From assembly GCA_002269645.1 (NCBI GenBank), contig NIVC01001661.1, positions 190,131 through 254,130 on the forward strand: a stretch of 64,000 nucleotides of DNA, in the 5' to 3' direction. Made by a program: the position numbers and the translations under genes. The notes beneath the pieces were generated by a model. The model did no database searches. It was not told the DNA's origin and saw only the letters and a program-made list of their open reading frames with translations. Positions within the stretch are counted from its first letter, which is position 1; the number at the start of each line of letters is the position of its first letter. Shown piece by piece: positions 1 to 9,930 of this stretch. Source of the stretch: Macrostomum lignano (lineage: Eukaryota).

Positions 1-508
1 TGCTATTAAACACCGAGGATCAAACATGTCTGATTGTATGGTATCATTTCGTTAGTTAAATCAAGCTCCAATTACTGAGTCTAACAGAAAATTTAAACGC
101 GTAAGTTGGTTTGGTTCAGGCAAATACACGTAGCCTGTTTGGCCAGTATGAATAAGTGTATTTAAATACTTCTTCGCAAAGAAAAGTTTAATGCCAATTA
201 ACCAATCTTTCGTCCCGAAGTAACCTTTTTGTTACCATTTAAACAGGTATTACATCTTAGAAAATAGCTGGTAAAACAAATTTATAGCAGAAACTCTAAA
301 AAGTATATATTTTTGTCTTCTGCACTTATTTTATAAAATTGGCCACACTTGCCTTCCTTTAAATCTTCTCTTCTTAGTGATTTTTACAACTTTATGACGA
401 TGCAGCATGCAAGCAGCTAGGAGTTAGGCGTCAGAAGTGCAAGGGGTGAATCAATTTTGTATGCCTTAAAGTTCAAGAATCAAGAGTTAGGAGCTAGAAG
501 TTGTTCCA

Positions 509-898
509 CAGGGGCGTAGCCAGGAATTTCTCACGGGGGGGGATGCAAGGATATAAATGAGTAAAGCTGCTGCTACTTGTACAGCTTGCTGGCCCAATGA
601 CAGTTCACAAGAAAAGTGCCGTAAATCAAATATGTAGGTGATAGGTTAGCTATGAACGGCCAGTCAAGTTTCTAATTCGATGAAAATCGCACAATTTAGT
701 GAAAAAAATAGAAAAAATTCTTTCTACTGAATGCTTGAGTAAATGAAAATCGTTTTTTACTTGCTGCACTAGCATGCACTATGCTTTCCAATGTATCAAT
801 TTTGAATACAAACCTTAGAGATTTAGTAATTTCTTACACCCACCAACCAGGCCCACGGGGGGGATACATCCCCAAATCCCCCCTTGCCTACGCCACTG
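509..898. mobile_element. hAT-type MITE (390 bp)
   Basis: Imperfect TIRs CAGGGGCGTAGCCAGG / CCTTGCCTACGCCACTG. 8-bp TSD TTGTTCCA at 501-508 and 899-906. Empty site with a single TTGTTCCA at 10427-10434 in copy 2. Confidence 0.9.
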
Positions 899-980
899 TT
901 GTTCCAAGGAGTGAGAGGGAGTTCTAAGGAGTGTAAGGTGATTGGTTAAGGAGTCCGCCAATCTGCGTGGTATATTTCAC

Positions 981-1269
981 CAAGGACCACTGTATAAGCT
1001 TATACAGCTTATAAGAAATGAAAAGAAAACAATATAAAAATGAAACTTTCACTACACAGCTATATTGAAATATAACATAGTAAACATGTTGTGCATGTTA
1101 AATTAAGGAAATAATAATCTTCACTACCCCAGATTAAATGAAAAAATTGATTTTGTGATAAAAAAATGATTTTTCTCCTATCTTCGCAGTGTCTTTTTCC
1201 AGGAAATCGACCTCCTAAAAATTTACACGATTTTTGAGTTTTACATCCTGCTATATACAGTGGTCCTTG
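981..1269. mobile_element. MITE with 16-bp TIRs (second copy 10509-11434, interrupted by a solo LTR)
   Basis: CAAGGACCACTGTATA (981-996) and TATACAGTGGTCCTTG (1254-1269). TA on the right flank only, so no clean TSD. Confidence 0.65.
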
Positions 1270-1756
1270 TATTAAACCCTTAAAATGTACGTACGCACCT
1301 TAAGGAGTAATTCTAGTTAAACTCCTAACGCACCTTAAGGAGTACTTTCTAGGCGTAACTCGACAAAATACAGTTCAAGCCTTATTACCCTGTGAAAAGC
1401 GGCTGTCGTGAGCTAAAAGCAATAAAACCATTTTAGCTACAAAGCCTTCACATAATAGGAGCAAAAGGGAGCGCATTTAATTAGTTGATAGCCTAAGACA
1501 ATAGAAAATTGTTTAACTGCCATCATACTTAATTGCTATAAGAAATAACACGCGTATAAGAAATATATAAGAAGGCCGGTGCTATTAGTGACCATCAAAA
1601 ATTGGTCATTATTGTACTCAGCCAAACAGTGCCAGTTTTTGGCGCAGACAAAACATTTAGAAATCTAAGATGATTTGTTATGTTTTAAGATGCATCATTT
1701 GTTTGTTGAAACTGGCGTACAAAGATGTAGGAAGCGCATTATAAAGTAACATGTGC

Positions 1757-1800
1757 CAGTGGCGGATCCAGGATTTGAAAAGTGGGGGCCGGGATGGAGT
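1757..1800 (+). mobile_element. hAT-like MITE 5' end fragment (also at ~11929)
   Basis: CAGTGGCGGATCCAGGATTT...GGGGG resembles the 509 element terminus. No partner TIR was found. Confidence 0.35.
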
Positions 1801-2387
1801 CAAAACATGACAAAAATGACACTCCTACCCAACCTAAGAGTAAAATTTTGCCCTTGAAATCTTAACTAGGAGTTAGGAGCTAGAAATGAAATTCGCTCCT
1901 TCTATAGGACATGCACTTCAGTGTAAACAGAGGCTTCGATAGGACTGTGCCGAGATTCAATTAGTTTTATTATCGGCGCCTTCAATGAATAAACTTGTGA
2001 GCCTCTTTTAGCAGGCAGTGAAATGAGTGAATGTACACTCGATACTTCAATGCTTTAAATCGGGAAGTTCAAACGCTGACTGTTCCTCGAGTCTTAAACT
2101 TTGAGAGGACAGAATTATTTTGCTGGAAAGATCTTGCAACGCTTGAGTTTGGGGATATAAGTTATTTGCTTTAAATATGAAAACAAAAAGCACAGCATTG
2201 AAAAAACGATTTCCATACTTTTAAACTTTCTGCGAAGATTGTAGTTATTTTTGCGATAGGTCAGAGTCAGATAAAGTTGAGGGGTTGCGTACAAGCGTTC
2301 AAGCCAGCTTATCGTTTGAGTAATTTCAATAATAGAGGAGGCGGGTGACAAATTTTAGTTGGTTTTATTATCGGTGCCTTCAGTCAG

Positions 2388-2690
2388 TCAGATAAGAGAG
2401 TAGCTGAGAGAAGAGAGGAGAGATTATAGAAAAGAAAGTAGATATAAGAGAGGAGAGATTAAAGATGACAGAAGTGAGAGAAGAGGGGATCGAGGCGGGA
2501 ATAAAGAGGGAGAGAGAAGAGAAGAGAAGAGAATGTAGAGGGAAGAAAGGAGAGGAGAGAGTAGAGAGAAGAGGAGAGAGGAAAGGTGAGAGATGAAAAA
2601 GAGAGAGAGAGAAGCGAGAGTAGAAGTAAGAGAGGAGAGGGGAGGGAGTAGAGAGATGAGAGAGCAGAGAGGAGAGAAAAGAATTTGAGA
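2388..2690. repeat. GA-rich low-complexity tract (copy at ~12560-12860)
   Basis: Almost purine-only on the + strand. The Ser/Leu-rich antisense ORF 2459-2728 is a by-product. Confidence 0.9.
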
Positions 2691-2815
2691 GGTTTCATAG
2701 AAGATTTGGAAGATCGGATTCGGGTCATGGGATTCAGCTGATGGATTTCAGGGAATGAAATTCTGGCGATGGGAGTTCTATCCCCTTACTCCTCCAACTG
2801 AGGAGTTGGCCTCGT
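2690..2815 (+). mobile_element. Candidate Helitron-like 3' terminus (related copies ~7190-7313 and ~12862-12987)
   Basis: About 120 bp shared with 7190-7310. Ends in a 7-bp hairpin (ACTCCTC-CAACT-GAGGAGT; CTCCTCC-AAT-GGAGGAG in the 7.3 kb copy) followed by TGGCCTCGT. Confidence 0.4.
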
Positions 2816-3274
2816 TATATCTAAAACTGAGTGGATCGACCGGCCGGGTTTAACGCGGATCTCCTCCTATACGGTTGGCAACTCGAGTATACTCGTATAT
2901 TTGAGTAAGTTGGGACGTATATTCCTATGCAACAAATAGGCTATTTTAATGTTTAGTTATAGATAAAATCTAATTAGATATATTATATCTATTATTTTAT
3001 ATAATTAGATACATGAATAAAATATATATTGCATACATATATACAGACCATCCAGTCTAAACCGTTATTATATGCATTTATATATAAATAAAATTTCGTT
3101 TTTGGCGGCGCCCTGACGCAACGCCTGGGCGAATCGAACAGGGCCGTTGTCGCGGGAAATTGTCGACTAGATTGTCGACTAGATCGCACGTGTGCTCATA
3201 TTGAGCGATGTATCAGGAAATAAAGCTGAACAATCTTTTTACCGGGTCGATAAAACATTTTGAGATCCCATTAA

Positions 3275-5932
3275 CCCTCTGGTAAATAAACCAGATAACA
3301 CCACAAGATAACATTCGCTCAAACAAGATAACATGCCCTATTCCGGTTATGCAAAATGTTATCTTGTATGAATCTTGTTTGCGTGACGAAATCTTACGTT
3401 TCCTTGTTTCAAACAAGATTCAAATAGGATTCATTGACCAGGTAACAGCCGGGTAATTCGTGCGAATCCTGCAGGGAAACACCGTGTTATCCTGTTTGTT
3501 ATCTTGTTTGTTATCCTGTCTGGCAAACAGGATTCGCTGACCAGGTAGCAGTCGGGTAATTCATGCGAATCCTGCAGGGAAACATCGTGTTATCCTGTTT
3601 GTTATCTTGTTTGTTATCCTGTCTGGCAAACAGGATTCGCTGACCAGGTAACAGTCGGGTAATCCATGCGAAAGAAGCCGGAAGGCATTGACATCAAATT
3701 TCGCAGTAAAGATGCATATAAGAAGTTGGTGATTCAAGATTTTATGAGTAGCATCTCTATATTTAACAGCGGGTTGTACTTTGTAAGCGCCTTATACAAA
3801 CTAAACAAGGAACAGGAACAAACTCAACAGGAACAAAAACTTCTGGAGAACAGCGTGGCATACGTCTGAGTTTCGGGAGTCCAGTTATAAGTAGACCTAC
3901 TTATACTGTGGCTACTAATTGATACTACTGAATTGGTGATCTGCTGCGAGCTGGTGCTGAGTCGCAGGTCGGACCTGCTGTACTCGGACGCGACTCTGAT
4001 GGCAGTCGACGCGTGAGCCAGACGTTTGAAAGATCGGGTCGCGCGCGTGGAAGGCGATTAATGAGACCACTGACGGGCGCTTGCATTATATGCCGGCGCA
4101 ATGGAACGACTCTGCATTATTAAAGTTAAATTAAATGGCGATGGAAGGCAGTTTCTCCTAAATATACACACTTATAAAGAAACAGTAATGTACATACACA
4201 CTCGATCGCCCAGCTCTAACAGACAGCGACGTTTCGCCGACAATCATTACCAGATTGTACGACTGTTCACTAGTAATGTCAGCTGCGTCGATAGAATTGT
4301 CATTCGTAGCATAGTCGTCGTCCGGAATCAACTGGCTTTCGTTGATCGGCTGCTCGTAGACCGGAGACAAAGTGAATGGTGTATCATCTGATGCGCCGGC
4401 TCGCGCGGCGCTGGCTTCGTTGCGTCCACGAAATGCCGACTACGCTGGAAACTCTTACCTGATTGTCTTCGCAATCCAGTGCGCCAACAGTAATATCCAA
4501 CCGACTTGGCGTTGCAGATGTCGCTAGTGCGATGGACGATCGTCCAACGGCGTCATCAACTGCGTCGTTCGAAGCATTGACACTCTCCGAAAAAAGTGGC
4601 TGACAAGATTGCCGACACTCATGGTCTGTAACGACTACTCTCTTGACTTGATCTGCTCTCGGCTGGTGCAACTGCAAACGCCTTAGACAAACCAATGGAG
4701 CATGCACCGAAAAAAATCGGATTAGCGTCTATCTTAATAGGAAAGCTGCTTTGCATACTGGGCCAGTTAGAGCTATTTGGAACTATGCCACAGTCTCCGT
4801 CTAGACACCCAGCTGTGCCAAACAATATGGTTGGCTGACTTATGCTTCTAAGCGTCAAATATGACGATAGAATCATTCAGCCCGTTGACACACTAAGCAG
4901 CTGTGACAGACTACATGCCAGTGGTAGTCAAACCTCTCGCACACAATCAGGGCGCAACAATTTTTCAATTGTCACCTGTACGGAGGATGGGCACAGCCTC
5001 ACATTACGGACGCTACAGTGCCTCCGAAAAGCAGATCAATTCACCTTGCAATTTCGAGGCTTTATTACCCCTCGGATTAAAGATTGACCCGCGTAGTCAA
5101 ATAAAAGTGACTACTCTTAGCAGCTGCCTTGAGCCACAACAGACGCGAGGTTTGATTACCCCTCGTAGGTCAGCATTTTCAGTCAACTGCTCAACTTTGA
5201 TTCATCGGTTGAAGCGGGGTTCAATTATCCCTCACTGGTGGCCATACACCAACACTGCAGACGCTTTAGACAACCCAATGGAGCATGCTCTAGCAAGAGC
5301 TAGAATAACGTCTGTCTTAAAAAAAGGCTACCTTAGAACTGGGCCAGTAGGAGCTTTTGGAACCATGCCACAGCTCCATCTAGACACCCAGCTGCACCAG
5401 ATAATAGGGTAATCTTATACACTAAGTAACCGCGACAGACTACATGCCATTGGGAGTCAAACCTCTCCAGCACAATAAGAATGCAATAGTTTGTCGAAGA
5501 GCCAACAAAGCTATCACCTGCAGGGAGGGTGGGCACGGCCTCACATTACGAGCGCTAGCGTTTGCTGATATATGGCACTTTACCCATCGCAGGTCAGCTT
5601 AGCAGCTGCCTTGAGTCCCAACAGAAGCGAGGATTGATTATCCATCGCAGGTCAGCATATCAGCTGCCTTGAGCCACAACAGAAGCGAGGATTGATTATC
5701 CATCGCAGGTCAGCTTATGAGCTGCCTTGAGTCCCAACAGACGCGAGGATTGATTATCCATCGCAGGTCAGCTTATGAGCTGCCTTGAGTCCCAACAGAA
5801 GCGAGGATTGATTATCCATCGCAGGTCAGCTTTTGAGCTGCCTTGAGTCCCAACAGAAGCGAGGATTGATTATCCATCGCAGGTCAGCTTATGAGCTGCC
5901 TTGAGCCACAACAGAAGCGAGGATTGATTATC
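3275..5932. mobile_element. Foldback-like TIR element, truncated copy (left arm plus cargo)
   Basis: Left TIR CCCTCTGGTAAATAAACCAGATAACACCACAAGATAA at 3275, then 103-bp subterminal repeats (3435, 3538, 3641). Cut off at the duplication breakpoint. Confidence 0.6.
5585..5932. repeat. 58-bp minisatellite (~6 units; copy at ~15827-16162)
   Basis: Unit GAGCTGCCTTGAGTCCCAACAGAAGCGAGGATTGATTATCCATCGCAGGTCAGCTTAT. Confidence 0.95.
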
Positions 5933-6699
5933 AGCAAAAATGAGGTATAATTTTCAAATGCAAATAGAAAAAAGTGACTTGTAATTTTTGTGTCTCCCTA
6001 GCCTTAATTGTTTATAGATAGATGCTTAAAGTAGTCTGATATAAATTTTTTTAAATAATAAATACAGTTTTTAATGCATTTTTATATTTTAATGGCATTT
6101 TGCATTGCACCCTTGAATTTACAATGTTTTCCATATAAATTCTGAATGGGACATGGCAGCATAGCACAAGTGGTGCCTTTAGAAAGATTTAGAACCTACT
6201 TTGTGGGTATGGAATGCTTTTTTGTCATAAATTTTTGTTTAGGGCTAGCTTGACCTAATAATTGTACTTGTACAAAAGAATGGTTGTCAGTTCTATTGTA
6301 TATCAAATTAATAGAGCCTTTGGAAGGAAGCACATAGTAAGACTTTTTGTGCATTAGAAAATATAATGATTCGAAAATATATAATTAAATGCAATTTGGC
6401 ATGTTTCTATCTTATATCATTTTGTTTTGTTTAGTTTTATTACAAATTTGTGTTGCAATTGGGACAATTTAAAATACATTTCACGTCTTTGCATGAGCCA
6501 AACCTCCCTGTCTCCCCAAACTTACTCATTGGTTCTTACTAAAAAAGTGATCATTCTCTAGAAGGTAGGTAATAGAAGTATTAAAAATAAACAAGTAGCT
6601 ATAAACAATTTTTTTAATTCAAATTCTTCAAATATTTAAGCATATGTATTTTATATACATTGCTTAAAGAATTGCTTAAAAAATTGCTTAATAGAGTGA

Positions 6700-7190
6700 A
6701 TTTTGATGAATATTGGTTTTACAGAGAAGATTTTGATGGAGTTCTGTTTCATGGAGAGGATTTTGATGGATTTAAGCTTCATGGAGAGGATTTAATGGAT
6801 TTCAGTTTCATGGAAAGGATTTTGATAGAGTTCTGTTTCACGGAGAGGATTTTGATAGATTTCAGTTTCATGGAAAGGATTTAGATGAGTTTCTGTTTCA
6901 CAGAGAGAATTTTGATAAATGTCTGTTTCACAGAGAGAATTTTGATGAATATTTGTTTCACAAAGAGATTTTTGATAAATGTCTATTTCACAGGGAGAAT
7001 TTTGATGAATATCTGTTTCACAGAGGGATTTTTGATGAATATCTGTTTCACAGAGAGAATTTTGATTAGTATCTGTTTCATGGAGAGAGTTTGATGAATA
7101 AATCTGTTTCATAGAGAGAATTTTGATGAAAATTTGTTTGAAAGAAAGAATTTTGATGGATTTCTGTTTCACGGAGAGGATTTTGATAGA
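6700..7190. repeat. ~30-bp minisatellite
   Basis: Unit close to TTTTGATGAATATCTGTTTCACAGAGAGAA. It explains the periodic ORFs at 6660-7226. Confidence 0.9.
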
Positions 7191-7389
7191 CTTTGGAGAG
7201 GACTTGGATGATAGGATTCGGGTCATAGGATTCAGCTAGTGGATTTCTAGCATGGGATTCTGGTGATGGGAGTTTTTCCCCTTTCTCCTCCAATGGAGGA
7301 GTGGCCTCGTAGTATATAACACCAGCATTAATTTGTCACCATGTAAATAATGACAATACTGTTTACACAGTACCAGGCAAATAACAGTG

Positions 7390-8175
7390 GGCTCATTCCA
7401 TATAAGATGGACATATTTGGAAAATAGAAAAAAGTCAATATTTTTGCTTGCCATTGCCTAATTAGCCTATTTTTTTACCAAATGTTTATATTGTGCAATA
7501 TATACAATCTAAGAATAAAGGAATGGTAAAATGTTGGATTAGTATGTTATCAATTGGCAAAAAGTCATTTTTGTAAAAATTTGGACATTTTTCGAAGCAA
7601 AAGACATCATTAAGATTTTGTACCTTTTAAAAACAAATAGAAAGCTTTTGAAGGTTGAAACAAACTATAGATAAAAGTATAGTACTTGCATCATCAGATA
7701 AAAGCATTGGTGACCAAATAATCTATTATATTTTTAATGTATTAGTACCTCAAAGTTACTGAATTGACAGAAAAAAATATTTAACGACCATAATGTTACG
7801 ACCATAAGGCTGTCTTTTCTTTTGTATCTTTGTTGCCTTTTAAGTTTATATATTCTAATAAAAGAGTATGATTTCTAAAGATGTTCTTAGTCAAATTTTA
7901 AAAATGTATTGCAAAATATCAAAAATGAAAAATGTTATAAGACTTTTACCTTTTAGTTTCTATATGTCAAAAATCCTGTCGTTACGACCATAAGTGTCAT
8001 TTAAGGTTTAATAGCATCTATACTAATGATGATATCTATATGAAACTCTATAAATATATTCTAGACAAAATAATCTTTCATTTAAAATATTGGTTTAGTA
8101 TATTCTATTATTAGATTTCATTTTATAAGTAAAAATAACCTGTCATGTTACGACCATGCTTATATGGAATGAGCC
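7390..8175. mobile_element. MITE (786 bp), 17-bp perfect TIR, 4-bp TSD
   Basis: GGCTCATTCCATATAAG (7390-7406) / CTTATATGGAATGAGCC (8159-8175). TSD AGTG at 7386-7389 and 8176-8179. Internal (T)TACGACCAT-like motif x4. Confidence 0.85.
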
Positions 8176-8234
8176 AGTGGCAATATTTACATAGTACCAT
8201 GCAAATAATGAGTGCCAATAGACAAATCCAATGC

Positions 8235-9739
8235 TGGCATAACTATAGTTTTATTCATTAAGTTATTTTTCATTTTAAATAAACTATTAATGAAGATTTA
8301 CAATTGTTAACAATAAAACTGATAAACTGTGTCAAAACATGTCATACAAAAACTCATTAAAGCATTTAACAGTTTAAAACACTGTCATTAAAGCTAATTA
8401 CAGTGGGTGGTAGTAGGTAACCCAGTAGAGAAAGTGACCAAATGTGTTAACAAGGTATTAATATTGCCATAGGAACCCTTAGAGATGAAACTCAAACAGG
8501 TTGTCAGAAGTCCCAAACATGCTTGTAGTTTAGCCTTTGCATGAGCCCATCTAGGATAGAGTTCTAAAGTTTTTATGCATTTGTGCACACTTGTCAAATT
8601 TGTGCCTGCTTGTGTGCTAAAAAGGAGCCTACTTGTGCACTCTTAAAGGTATGTGCGTGCTCCATTGTATGCGCTTGCACAAGAAGCTGTTTACCACAGA
8701 ATCACAAACAGGTTTTAACTTTTATATGCATTCAACATGGTTATATGCCATGTGGTATATGCGCACTCAAGTTCTCTTACTTTTCATAGTCCGGAAGGTT
8801 GTTTTTATGCCAGAAAATTTCAAAACAAAAGTAAAACAAAGTAGGCCTATAATTAGTCTTTAGCAAAAACAGTTTCAAAGTTAAGTGAAACTCTTAGAAT
8901 TTTTAAAGAATATTTTTTCTAAAAAATATAGTGTTTAAGCTACTTTACAATTAAAGTACAACTTTTTAATTTATGTTGGCATAGAATTGAAAACTAGAAA
9001 TGTCATTTTTTGGTGCATGGGCTATGATCTGTATATGACTTATTTTTACAGCTGGCGTGCGCACTTGCCCACTACTCGAAAAATATATGCGTGCGTTATC
9101 CTATCTCCAAGTAAGAATTTGATCCTAGGAGCCCATGTGCTTTCAATTAGGTTGGTATACATATTAGGCCTATGGTCCATTAGATTGACAAAATTCAGCC
9201 TGTGGTTGACAATTGCATGTTAAACCTAGTTCAAAAAGATCAATAATCTGCTTCTATAATCTTGTTTCCTATGATTGCAAAGCATTCTTTGCATACCCAA
9301 ACTCTTACTGACCCTCAACCATAGCATATATATGCAACCTTGGGAATCACCTAGCCATTTCTATTGGCAGCACATACATGTAAGTCACTATTGGCTGAGA
9401 GCAGTCACGTTACTATATTCCATCTAATAGCAACTTACATGTGTGTGTGTATGTGTGTTGCCAATAGAAATGGCCAAGTTAATCCCAAGGTTGCACCCAA
9501 GCACGAACCATAGACAAAAATTAAATTAAGTAATGTCAGCCCAAAAAGTTTTGTTTATGGCACAGTCTGCATTAGCATAAAAATCAGTAGATTTTTAGCT
9601 AAATGGCCACACAAGCCAGAGCATCATTAAAAAATCATCAGTGGAGTCTGGTGATCTCATAACAATTGTAAATCTTCATTAACAGTTTATTTATTAAAAT
9701 GAAAAAAATAATTTAATGAACAAAACTACAGTTATGCCA
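8235..9739. mobile_element. Non-autonomous TIR element (1505 bp), TG..CA termini, 6-bp TSD
   Basis: 75-80-bp imperfect TIRs (8235-8309 and 9660-9739; TGGCATAACT...AGTTATGCCA). TSD CAATGC at 8229-8234 and 9740-9745. Confidence 0.8.
9333..9495. repeat. 163-bp imperfect palindrome (fold-back hairpin)
   Basis: TGCAACCTTGGGAATCACCTAGCCATTTCTATTGGCAGCACATACATGTAAGT pairs with ACTTACATGTG...TTGCCAATAGAAATGGCCAAGTTAATCCCAAGGTTGCA. Confidence 0.8.
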
Positions 9740-9930
9740 CAATGCATAAACAGCAAAATTGGCAAATCTATTTAAATGAATTTCTCTGTGAATCATTGTC
9801 ATTGACAAGTACAATGATATATACATATATGCAAAACTTTCAGTTGAGTACAAATTATAGCAGACCAAGAAGGTTAAGTCACAAAAATGACATTTTTTGA
9901 CAAAGTTTGACTAACTAAAGATTTTTACTT

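Larger units (their letters stand above)
1..5932 (+). repeat. Segmental duplication, copy 1 (left end runs off the window)
   Basis: Position 1 (TGCTATTAAACACCGAGGATCAAACATGTC) matches 9931. Near-identical ORFs recur about 10.17 kb apart (2115/12287, 3666/13838). Homology stops at 5932, inside the 58-bp satellite. Confidence 0.95.

Noticed and set aside
2730-2790. Hammerhead-like CUGAUGG..GAAA in the Helitron-like module
   Set aside because: Core mismatch, weak helix I, and not conserved in the 7.2-kb homologue.
2115-3869. Short ORFs duplicated in both segment copies
   Set aside because: Their conservation only reflects the recent duplication. No domain or splice support was found.
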